The notes under the pieces were generated by a model. It ran no database searches. It saw only the letters and a program-made list of their open reading frames with translations, and was not told the origin of the DNA. From an uncultured Candidatus Binatia bacterium (lineage in GTDB: Bacteria > Desulfobacterota > Binatia > Bin18), in NCBI GenBank assembly GCA_965203745.1, contig CBDBDK010000002.1, positions 390,009 to 454,008 of the forward strand: a stretch of DNA of 64,000 bases, read 5' to 3'. Below are positions 47,337 through 55,822 of this stretch, one piece after another. Position 1 is the first letter of the stretch. Every line of letters starts with the position of its first letter. Position numbers and translations under genes: made by a program.

Positions 47337-48578
47337 TCAGGGGGTGTCGCCGGCTGCCTGCTGTTTCTGGAGGGTGACCAGGGAGGCAAGTTTGCCAACG
47401 GGCGGCAGACCGCGGATAATCCGCCCGTTCACCACCAGGGTGGGAGTGGCTTCGATCTCAAGACGCAGGGCCTCGTCAATATCGTTCTTGACCAGCGCCT
47501 CGGTACGCCCATCATCCATACACGCGTTGAACTGCTCGAAATCCAATCTGGCAGTCCTGGCATGGGTGTCAAAGTCGGCCCGCTTGAATTTGGTTTGATC
47601 CGCAAACAAGAGGTCGGCGTACTCCCAGAATTTTCCCTGTTCGGCGGCGCACTCGGCAGCCATGGACGCCGCACAAGCACCTGGATGCACCTGGCTCTTC
47701 ATGCCGGTGTTACACTGCTGGTCAAGTGGATAGTGCCGAAACACGATGCGGACATCATCCGGGTTGGCATGCTGAAATTTGAGCAGGGTGTCTCGGGCTC
47801 TGGCACATTGCGGGCAGCGGAAGTCAACGAACTCGTGAATGGTGAGCACGGCGTTCGCGGGACCCTCAACGTGCCGTTCCGAGCCACGCAGCACGACGGC
47901 GGGCTGGTCGTAATAATAGCGCACAAAACCCATGTCCATCTCTGCTGGAGGAGGTGCGAGATATTCCTGAAGGGGGGTGACGTGGGCGGCGTCCTCTGTC
48001 TGGGTCAGCCCGATGCCAAGCAACACGACGGAAAAGCCAAGTGCGGCGTAAGCCAGCCGAGGCCGGGTCATCGTATGGTCTGCCCGCCCCTGCACGACGG
48101 CACTGACGAAGAGGCCCAGGTTCACCAGATATAGACCGGTACACAGGGGACAGACCGCTCCTATCGTGAAGAATGAGATCGCCGCCATATACAGCGAGAA
48201 GACAAACATCCAGCCACACAGCAGGACGGTCAGCCCAGGCACTGCCAGGAAGGTGCTGGCGAGGAGGATGACATAGCTCCCAGCGGCCAGGACGGCAACC
48301 GGAACCCCAAAGAGCGTGGCATAGGCGCTGCTCAAGACCAGGCTACAGTTGACCGTGGTCCCGCTACCGCAAAAAGCCGATTCAATGCTACCGCCTGCCC
48401 TCGCCTGATAGTGGAGGACCGAGAGGTAGACCCCGATAATGAGACCGAGCGCTCCAAGGACACGTATAGCGAGCAGCGGCCAACGGGGAGCGTGGCGTTG
48501 CGCGTGACGTGTTGCCTGCGAGGTCGGGTCATGTGCGGCTGCCTGACGACGGGCAGCTTTTGCTTTCTTTGCTGACAT
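47337..48578 (-). CDS. VKOR-DsbA/thioredoxin fusion
   Basis: VKOR C-x7-C..VLSS and CPLC in TM region; DsbA DFRCPQC, FRHYPL, TPT. Confidence 0.9.
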   Translation of the reverse strand: MSAKKAKAARRQAAAHDPTSQATRHAQRHAPRWPLLAIRVLGALGLIIGVYLSVLHYQARAGGSIESAFCGSGTTVNCSLVLSSAYATLFGVPVAVLAAGSYVILLASTFLAVPGLTVLLCGWMFVFSLYMAAISFFTIGAVCPLCTGLYLVNLGLFVSAVVQGRADHTMTRPRLAYAALGFSVVLLGIGLTQTEDAAHVTPLQEYLAPPPAEMDMGFVRYYYDQPAVVLRGSERHVEGPANAVLTIHEFVDFRCPQCARARDTLLKFQHANPDDVRIVFRHYPLDQQCNTGMKSQVHPGACAASMAAECAAEQGKFWEYADLLFADQTKFKRADFDTHARTARLDFEQFNACMDDGRTEALVKNDIDEALRLEIEATPTLVVNGRIIRGLPPVGKLASLVTLQKQQAAGDTP

Positions 48579-48583
48579 AGGCT

Positions 48584-48638
48584 GAAGAAGAAACGTGTCC
48601 TCCAATAAACATGCAGATGCTGGACACGTTTCTTCTTT
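48584..48638. repeat. Second copy of the GAAACGTGTC palindromic miniature element
   Basis: AAGAAGAAACGTGTCC..GGACACGTTTCTTCTT inverted repeat with core similar to 42973-43026. Confidence 0.65.
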
Positions 48639-48748
48639 GAAGCATTACCATACCCCTTTCCGAATCGCCAAGAGGGGTAGGGTCACCTTGCGCACCACGG
48701 GGAAAGCGGGTAGGGGCGAACAGAGCGCTGTGAGGAAAGGGAGCGGGT

Positions 48749-48997
48749 ATGGAGACGGATGATCTTGGTTGGATTCCCCGTTCTGTTCGAGACAAGCTCG
48801 ACCACGTCCGGATCAAACTCCACTTAAAAGAATGGCAGGCCTTCCCCCTGGAGGAGCGCCAGGCCCTGTGCGCTTTGCCCTGCCAGACCGCGGTTGAAAA
48901 AAAGGCGTTCCAGGACCGCCTCGATGCCTTAGCCTTGCAGCACTGCGGAGTCCTGCCGCGACGGCTGCCTCCAGACAGATGGGGTGGGAGAGACTAG
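48749..48997 (+). CDS. Nitrate reductase-associated (NarM-like) short protein
   Basis: IPxxVRxKLD..IKLxLxxW..ERxxL..PC pattern. Confidence 0.6.
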   Translation: METDDLGWIPRSVRDKLDHVRIKLHLKEWQAFPLEERQALCALPCQTAVEKKAFQDRLDALALQHCGVLPRRLPPDRWGGRD

Positions 48998-49022
48998 GGG
49001 CGACCGACAGGTCACCCCTATG
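48995..49022. repeat. GTAG-type REP-like hairpin
   Basis: TAGGGGCGACC-GACA-GGTCACCCCTA between convergent genes. Confidence 0.55.
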
Positions 49023-49024
49023 GA

Positions 49025-50053
49025 TTACTGCGTTGCCAGCATTTCCTCTATCAATTCGGCAAACGCCGAGTAGGGTTGCGAACCGGACAGAAAACGGCCG
49101 TTCACAAAAAAGGCTGGCGTCCCGCTCACCCCGAGTTGGGTGCCGAGCGCCAGATCCTTGCTGACTGCTGCGGTATAGGCGTTATTGTCCAGGCAGGCCG
49201 TAAACTGTGCCGTGTCCAGTTTGAGGTCGGCGGCGTATTGTTTCAGTTCCTCAGGCTGTAAGGCTTTAATATTGGCAAACAGGATGTCGTGGTACTCCCA
49301 ATATTTGTCCTGATCTCCGGCACAGCGTGCCGCCTCAGCCGCCTTATACGCCTGGGGATGAATCCGGGTTAACGGAAAGTCCCGGAACACGAACCTGACT
49401 TTATCCTTGTAGGTCTTCTGGATTTGGGAGAGTGCAGACTGCACTCGGGCACAGTACGGTCATTGATAATCGGAGAACTCGACTAGCGTAATGGGCGCGT
49501 CCTGCGGTCCTTTTGTGGGTGCGCCGGCGGTCGGAACGTCAACAATCGGCGGCGTCAGCTTAAAGTTGATCGTGGCGGCTTTACGCAGTTCGGCGGCAAA
49601 TGCCTGTTGGCGCTGTTGCTGCTTGCGGGCCTGGAGGGATTGTTTGAGCTGAGCCTGCACCTCCTCCAGCTTTCTCTCGCCAAACCGGGCCTTGTTCTTA
49701 GTATAGTACTCCTCGACCTCTGCGTCGCTCACCGGTTCTGTTTTATCGGTTACTTCCTGCTGGCGGAGTTGTTGGCGGGTGATACCCCGCTTCTTTGCTT
49801 CCTGCTCTTGCAGATGTGCGTTGATGATCGAGTCGACCGCTTGCTTTTTGAGCGAGTAGATTTGATTGTTCAAACGGAGCATCTGGCCTTTGATCTGGTT
49901 TTCAATCTCTGCCTCGGTAATGCTTCTCTCGCCGACCGTAGCCAAGACCGTACCGGTGGCGTCGGCTCTGAGTGTGCCCGGAGCTAGCACAATTCCTGCT
50001 ACTAGTAGCAAGGCCCAGACGCGGCTGAGGCTCTTCTGCCCGTGTGGTTGCAT
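49025..50053 (-). CDS. DsbA/thioredoxin-like selenoprotein (UxxC) with N-terminal SurA-like helical domain
   Basis: ORFs 49460-50053 and 49025-49444 are in frame; in-frame TGA at 49460-49462 gives EFSDYQ-U-PYC; SECIS-like hairpin follows. Confidence 0.88.
49430..49446 (-). promoter_or_regulatory. Bacterial SECIS-like hairpin
   Basis: GAGUGCA-GUC-UGCACUC starting 13 nt after the UGA, loop begins with G. Confidence 0.7.
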
Positions 50054-50076
50054 CGTTGCTCCTTCTTTGAGTTCTG

Positions 50077-50175
50077 CTAGCCGGTAAAGGTCAAAATAAG
50101 AAAGAAGAGCAGCAAGGGGGCGAGCATCCAGATCAGAAAAACCACCCAGGCCGGTCCTTGTCCCTGATTTTCCAT
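50077..50175 (-). CDS. 32-aa single-TM small protein MENQGQGPAWVVFLIWMLAPLLLFFLILTFTG
   Basis: GGAGGAG RBS, one hydrophobic helix; below ORF-track cutoff. Confidence 0.6.
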   Translation of the reverse strand: MENQGQGPAWVVFLIWMLAPLLLFFLILTFTG

Positions 50176-50285
50176 GTCATCTCCTCCAACTGAAATGGTT
50201 TGATTTCAGGCCCCTACCATACGGAAAACCGGGCTCCGACTCAATGTGGTCGGTCGTGAGGTAAGAGGACGGTCCACGTATTGCC

Positions 50286-50966
50286 CTACTGGGGCTGGTC
50301 GAAGAGGGACTGCCGGGTAATCCAGAATCGAAAGAGGCTCCAGACGATAACCGCGACGAGCAGCAATCCCCACGCAACGTGCCCAAGACGTTGGACAGAA
50401 GCGAGGGCGGCGTCAATCTCGGCTCCAAAGGAATAGGCCAGTGTAAAAATGAACGGCACATAGACGGCGATGGCAATCAGACAAATCCGCACATAGATAG
50501 GCGTTGGCATTCCGTGGGCACCAACAATAATATGGGCGGGGAGGCGCAGGCCGGGCAGGAAGCGGGTCAAGAAAAGTGCCCGATTCCGATGCTGGTCAAG
50601 CCAGGTCTTAAATCGCTCGACCCATTTGCTGCGATGGAGAAAGGGAAATGCGGAGCGTGAACTTCTGCCCCTCCAGTGTCGTCCTACCCAAAAACCAACA
50701 AAATCGCCACAAAAAACGCCCAGGCCGAGCAATATGAGCACGGTAGTCAGCTGAACCTGGTCCGAGTAGTAGAGATAGCCGGCGGCAACGAGGGCGATTT
50801 CCTCGGCGAGTGGAATGAACCATATCCCCGCAATAAGCAGCAGAAAGATGGTGATATAGGGTGAGTACGTGAAGTAAGAAACCCAGTAATCAATGGCGGA
50901 TGCCGAGAATAATTCAAACACAGGAGTAGAGACTTTCTTGTAATGATACTGCCTGGCGCTCAACAC
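50286..50966 (-). CDS. DedA family membrane protein
   Basis: PLAEE, GDFVGFWVGR, RFLPGLR; start uncertain. Confidence 0.85.
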   Translation of the reverse strand: MLSARQYHYKKVSTPVFELFSASAIDYWVSYFTYSPYITIFLLLIAGIWFIPLAEEIALVAAGYLYYSDQVQLTTVLILLGLGVFCGDFVGFWVGRHWRGRSSRSAFPFLHRSKWVERFKTWLDQHRNRALFLTRFLPGLRLPAHIIVGAHGMPTPIYVRICLIAIAVYVPFIFTLAYSFGAEIDAALASVQRLGHVAWGLLLVAVIVWSLFRFWITRQSLFDQPQ

Positions 50967-51145
50967 GAAAAACAGCGCGGTGCGTTCCAGGAGAATGTAA
51001 GCCTTATTATACCGAGATCAAGTCCGGTGGAAGATACCGGGGGCGAGACGACACTCCTCAACATCGCCAGGGGGTGTTATTCTTTCCTTCTCGGGCTGTT
51101 CTGAGTATATTGAGACCTGACTTCAGCAATGCTGGAGGATGCAGA

Positions 51146-52354
51146 ATGACATGGTGGATAGTGTTTCTGAGCGGCTTGCTCTGGGTGCAGTCGGCCTGGG
51201 CGACGGCAGATATTTCTCCTGCTCTCTTGGGCATGTACCGCAAGACCATTGAGATCGAGAGGGAACTCTACACCCATGCCGCCCGCTACGGGGTAGACCA
51301 TCGGCTCGCTCGGGCTGTGATTCTACAGGAATCGGGCGGGAATGCGGAGTGGGTTTCTGCGGGCGGAGGGGCCGGGTATTTCCAAATGTCCCCCGGCCTC
51401 GTCCGCTTACTTGGCAGTCCGACTGATATTGAAGCTGGTATAAAATACTTGGCGCAATTACAAAATCAGTTCACGCGTGAGGACTATGTCCTGGCCGCGT
51501 ATAAGCTCGGTCCCGATCGGGTACAAGAAGACGAGCCCATCCACTTCAAGACGCTGCAATACGTGGTGAGCGTTGGGTACTATAAATCCGTTTTGCAGGA
51601 ATATGAGCCCGAAGTACGTCGCCGAGCAGAACAGTTTAAGCTGAGGAAAGTCCAACCCGAGGAGTCATGGGAATCCGTTGCCCAGGCCCTTCGGCTCACG
51701 CCCACCATCCTGCGTTTGTACAATCCCATGCTGGCGAAGCGTTTTCTTCAAGGCGGCTCGACCGTTGTCTATCCCATGGAGATACCCACGGACTTGGTCG
51801 GTGTGGGGGAAAAGCCGGTGTATGTGGTCCGTATTGGAGACACGCCCGAGCTGCTGGCCAACGTCTTTCAGGTCGATCCGCAGACGTTTCGTCAGCAGCA
51901 TCAGCTGTGGTATTTGCATCCCCTTGCGGCTGGAAAAGAAATCTCCCTTCCAATATCCTCGGCGGCAGCGCCGGATAGACGGGCGGTAGCGTCCCTGCCG
52001 ACACCGCTGCCCTCTGCCGCGGGACGTGGCGCTGAAGAAAAGAAAAACGAGCAAGACCTCCGGTATACCGTGCGTCGCGGGGATTCCCTGGAGAGAATCG
52101 CTCGGCGTTACGGGACGACGGTGCGTGCTCTGAGGGCGGCAAACAGCCTGCGCGGGACCCAGATTAATATAGGTGCGGTCCTGCGGATTCCCACCGGCCG
52201 GACCGAGACGACGCTCTACCGGGTGCGCTGGGGGGATACTTTGGGGGAGATTGCTCTCCGCCACAATACCACGATTGCGACCCTGGTGCGGCTCAACAAC
52301 CTCCGCAGTCATCAGATTCAGGCGGGCAAGGTGCTGCGTATCCCCGCGTCATAA
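51146..52354 (+). CDS. SLT lytic transglycosylase with multiple LysM domains
   Basis: Signal peptide, QESGG, GYFQ, LAAY; LysM YTVRRGDSL and YRVRWGDTL; GGAGG RBS. Confidence 0.88.
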   Translation: MTWWIVFLSGLLWVQSAWATADISPALLGMYRKTIEIERELYTHAARYGVDHRLARAVILQESGGNAEWVSAGGGAGYFQMSPGLVRLLGSPTDIEAGIKYLAQLQNQFTREDYVLAAYKLGPDRVQEDEPIHFKTLQYVVSVGYYKSVLQEYEPEVRRRAEQFKLRKVQPEESWESVAQALRLTPTILRLYNPMLAKRFLQGGSTVVYPMEIPTDLVGVGEKPVYVVRIGDTPELLANVFQVDPQTFRQQHQLWYLHPLAAGKEISLPISSAAAPDRRAVASLPTPLPSAAGRGAEEKKNEQDLRYTVRRGDSLERIARRYGTTVRALRAANSLRGTQINIGAVLRIPTGRTETTLYRVRWGDTLGEIALRHNTTIATLVRLNNLRSHQIQAGKVLRIPAS

Positions 52355-52381
52355 AGTGTAGGAGACAGGGACGATCGGCCT

Positions 52382-53374
52382 TTACTCAGGGGTGTCAAGC
52401 CGTGCGGGGTAATCGTCCTCTATGGCTCTGACCGCACGATAGGCAAACTCGGTGTAGGGAACGGGAATGCCGAGGCGCTGACCTTCCTTGAAGACGTGTC
52501 CGACGGTCTCTTCGATCTCCGTTTTTTTTCCTGCCAGGACATCTTGGAGCATGGACGGAATAATCCGTGTCCGTCCGCTCCGTGCCACCTGTTGGCCTAC
52601 CCGGACGAGCATCTGCACGGCCTCGTCGAAGGGGGCGTCCCGGAGCGTCTGCTGATCGAACAGGCTCCAGGCCGCATGGTCGGACAGGGGAATGCCGAGA
52701 GCATCCGCAACGGCCGCAGCTTCTCGAAACATATGGACTGACAGGGTCGCCAGTTCCGGGCTCGACCAGACCAAATGGACCGGCAGGCGGGTCAGGGCGG
52801 CCAGCGGGGCAAAGGGGTTTTGAATGGCCTGTTTCGTCCATTCGATCGAGACGATATTCTCGACCGCAGCCGCCTTGAGTCCGGCGTCAATAAACGTCTG
52901 AGCAAGATGATCGACCCGCGTTGAGCGCGTGCCGTCCGGTTCGCCAAAGAACGTAATCCCATCCAGGGTATAATGGACCTCGCCATCGCGGACGAGGGTC
53001 GCGCCGATCATGGTGGTCGCGCCAACCACAGTACCCGCGCCAAAAACGTGAGCCATCTGAGCGTTTTTCACCACGCCATTCTGAAGTGAAGCGACACTGT
53101 TGGTCCGCAGATGTTTGACGCTGGCCAAGGCGCGCGGCATGTCCTTGGTCTTCACGGTAATCAACAAGACATCGGCCGTGTCGAGGGCAGAAGCATCGAC
53201 GTACGCTGGCAGCCGGACCCGAAAGTCGGACAGTCCGGCGAGGCGGAGACCGTTTTGCTGGACAGCCCGCGCGTGACCTGGCCGGGCAATCATAACGGTG
53301 TCTACCCCATGCCGGGCGAGATGCCCGGCAACAACCGAACCCACACCCCCGGCACCGAGAATCACAACCCGCAT
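52382..53374 (-). CDS. panE: Ketopantoate (2-dehydropantoate) reductase family
   Basis: GAGGVG, VK, LQNG, WTK, SMLQD, TEIE. Confidence 0.8.
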   Translation of the reverse strand: MRVVILGAGGVGSVVAGHLARHGVDTVMIARPGHARAVQQNGLRLAGLSDFRVRLPAYVDASALDTADVLLITVKTKDMPRALASVKHLRTNSVASLQNGVVKNAQMAHVFGAGTVVGATTMIGATLVRDGEVHYTLDGITFFGEPDGTRSTRVDHLAQTFIDAGLKAAAVENIVSIEWTKQAIQNPFAPLAALTRLPVHLVWSSPELATLSVHMFREAAAVADALGIPLSDHAAWSLFDQQTLRDAPFDEAVQMLVRVGQQVARSGRTRIIPSMLQDVLAGKKTEIEETVGHVFKEGQRLGIPVPYTEFAYRAVRAIEDDYPARLDTPE

Positions 53375-53447
53375 ATCTATCCTCCCTTTTTATTGGCACG
53401 GGATTATGGCGGGTCCGGCTCGATATTGTCAACGAAGGCACTGATGT

Positions 53448-54044
53448 CTAGGGGTGCTCCGGAAATCGGACCCGATACACCCGCGACAGATGGATGAAAT
53501 ACCCCTCTCCCGGTTTCAACGCGGCCAGATTCTCGGCCGTGACCTTTCGGCCGACGGTCTGACTGATCGTCTCAGCCTCAGTTCCTTCTGCGCGCAAGAG
53601 CAGCGTTGTTTCGTACCGCCCAAAAACGAGGCGGGACGGGTATGGAAGGAATTCGACCACCACCATTCCGGTGCGTAAGAAGAAGGTGAGTGTGTGCTCC
53701 CAGTCGGCAGTCTCTTGGGCACCATCAACGATGAGAAGGGGGGGCAGGGAAGGCGTCCGCCCCAGACCGGTCTGTAGCGTCTGAAGCACCTGCTGAGCGA
53801 TGTCATCCGAAACCGTCCCCTCTGCCGGCAGGGGAATATAGGCGGCGTCTTCACGCAGCAGGAGACGAAAGGGCATTTCGAGTTGCTGACGACCGTGGGC
53901 GTCCAGACACACCACCACGCCGTGCTGACTCGCTTGACGCAGGGCAAGGCCCAGGCATAACTCGGTCCGGTCGCGCGGCTGTCCCCCCAGCACAGCCAGA
54001 CGGCCGCTGAGGTCGGGCAGCGGAAAGAGACGCTCCTGGGCCAT
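53448..54044 (-). CDS. Hypothetical protein with degenerate P-loop NTPase-like layout
   Basis: LAVLGG..RTE (Walker A-like position), VVCLDAHG, LLIVDGAQ (Walker B-like). Confidence 0.5.
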   Translation of the reverse strand: MAQERLFPLPDLSGRLAVLGGQPRDRTELCLGLALRQASQHGVVVCLDAHGRQQLEMPFRLLLREDAAYIPLPAEGTVSDDIAQQVLQTLQTGLGRTPSLPPLLIVDGAQETADWEHTLTFFLRTGMVVVEFLPYPSRLVFGRYETTLLLRAEGTEAETISQTVGRKVTAENLAALKPGEGYFIHLSRVYRVRFPEHP

Positions 54045-54153
54045 GGAGCGGAGAGCATAGCGTCTCTCCTGTTGCAGGGAAAGCTGACCAACCCCCGGTC
54101 ACGCGCTGTCTCCTCCCCTACTCAGGCCGTGCCGAACCGCGTATAAAGTGGGC

Positions 54154-54606
54154 ATGGCAACGGCGCGCTCGTACAAAGGTGTTTTCCTGGTACTAGGACT
54201 CCTGACCATAGGCGTGGTGGCGGTGACGATGACCTATCGCCATCGCATCCAACCCAAAGAGACAGTGCAGAGTGTCCTGCAAGCCCGCGGGATGCCTGCG
54301 GCAAAACGGGGAATGCGACTTTCCCAAGCCGGCCGCCAGCTTTTACCACCCGCCGAGCGGACCGAAATGGATGCGCTCTATGCCGAGGCCCTCCGGTCGT
54401 TACCCGAGCGGGAGCGACTGAAACTGGAGGAGATGAGAAAGCGTGGAGCCCAGGCCAGCGGGCGGGAGGTGGTGGAGATGGGCCTGTTGATCCAGAAGGC
54501 GCTACGGGCGCTGCCACCGGAAAAAAATCAACGCCTGTTCGCTTTGGTCGAAAAGGCGGTTGCCCTCCAGCTTGCCAAACAACAATCCGCACCCCAGCCG
54601 AAGTAA
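54154..54606 (+). CDS. Membrane-anchored helical hypothetical protein
   Basis: N-terminal TM helix; first of three tightly linked ORFs. Confidence 0.55.
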   Translation: MATARSYKGVFLVLGLLTIGVVAVTMTYRHRIQPKETVQSVLQARGMPAAKRGMRLSQAGRQLLPPAERTEMDALYAEALRSLPERERLKLEEMRKRGAQASGREVVEMGLLIQKALRALPPEKNQRLFALVEKAVALQLAKQQSAPQPK

Positions 54607-54611
54607 ATGGT

Positions 54612-55100
54612 ATGCCGCTCTCAGCCCGCCGTGCCGCTGTCCGCCTGCTGTGTCTGCTCGTCTGTCTGGTCTGGCCCGCCCCGGTTGCCGGCATCCGGTC
54701 TGACGCCACGACGCTGTTCGGGATCGAGGGTTTTCGGGTGGCTATTGTGACCATCAGCCCTCCGGCGCGGAAACTGGGATTTTCGGAAGCGCAGCTCCAC
54801 ACGCTGGCTATTACGCATCTGCGCCGCAACGCGCTGACGGTCGGAGATTTCCCAGCCGTGCTGAATATCTCACTCCGGGTTGTGGAACACCCGGCCTCGG
54901 TGTTGGCCTATTCGCTCGAACTGCAAGTCCAACAAGTCGTCCATTTGAAACGAACGGAGCAGGTCCATTTAATGGCCCCAACCTGGACGGAAGGGACGCT
55001 GACCATGGTGCCGCGAGCAGGGTTGAGGCGTAGCGTCGAAAGTGCCCTGGCCGAACTCTTTGACTCGCTGGGTCGGGATTATCGCCTGGTCAACTCATGA
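54612..55100 (+). CDS. Secreted hypothetical protein
   Basis: Signal-peptide-like N-terminus; ATGA overlap with next gene. Confidence 0.55.
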   Translation: MPLSARRAAVRLLCLLVCLVWPAPVAGIRSDATTLFGIEGFRVAIVTISPPARKLGFSEAQLHTLAITHLRRNALTVGDFPAVLNISLRVVEHPASVLAYSLELQVQQVVHLKRTEQVHLMAPTWTEGTLTMVPRAGLRRSVESALAELFDSLGRDYRLVNS

Positions 55101-55822
55101 AGCCCGTCGTCAACCCAAAAGATGGGAGCCTGCTCGTCCGCATCCCCGCGGACGAGTATCGCATGGGAAGCGAGAGCGGGATGCCGCCCGAACGTCCGGC
55201 CCACCGGGTCTCGCCGGGGAGTTTTTATATTGCCCAACACCCGGTGACGAATGCCCAGTACCGGCAGTTTGTTCTCGACACCGGCCACCGCGCACCCTAT
55301 CTCGATGATGCCCGGGTGGAACGCGAAAACTGGGACCCCGAGCGCCGCGCGCCGCCAGCGGGGCGAGAAAACCATCCGGTAGTCCTGGTGAGTTGGCATG
55401 ATGCCCAGGCCTACTGCGCCTGGGCCGGAGGACGGCTGCCAACCGAGGCCGAATGGGAAGGCGCGGCCCGTGGCGGGTTAGCCGACCAGCCCTATCCGTG
55501 GGGAGACGGGATCAATCGGGAGCTGGCAAATTATGACAATCGAGCCGGGACCACCCCGGTCGGGAGCTATCCGCCCAATCCCTATGGGCTGTATGACATG
55601 GCCGGTAACGTCTGGGAGTGGGTGGCTGACTGGTACGATCCACGATACTACGCGGTCTCCCCGACCCAAGACCCACAGGGCCCGGCGACCGGAACGGTCA
55701 AGGTGTTGCGCGGAGGAGCCTGGCTGCTCTTCCCCGAGTTCTGTCGGGTGTCCTACCGCTTCCGCAACAACCCCAATTTTCGCTTCAATCTGATTGGCTT
55801 TCGTCTGGCGAAATCGGCCTGA
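55097..55822 (+). CDS. FGE-sulfatase (SUMF1-like) domain protein
   Basis: YRMGS, VTNAQY, RLPTEAEWE, DMAGNVWEW, RGGAW, GFR. Confidence 0.9.
   Translation: MKPVVNPKDGSLLVRIPADEYRMGSESGMPPERPAHRVSPGSFYIAQHPVTNAQYRQFVLDTGHRAPYLDDARVERENWDPERRAPPAGRENHPVVLVSWHDAQAYCAWAGGRLPTEAEWEGAARGGLADQPYPWGDGINRELANYDNRAGTTPVGSYPPNPYGLYDMAGNVWEWVADWYDPRYYAVSPTQDPQGPATGTVKVLRGGAWLLFPEFCRVSYRFRNNPNFRFNLIGFRLAKSA

Noticed and set aside
49460-49462. UGA as a nonsense mutation (pseudogene)
   Set aside because: It falls exactly on the redox Cys position and is followed by a SECIS-like hairpin, so Sec is more parsimonious.
55097-55822. FGE-sulfatase (CLec-fold) gene as a DGR target or true formylglycine-generating enzyme
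   Set aside because: No duplicated template of its 3' end and no RT in the window; lacks the two-Cys FGE catalytic motif.
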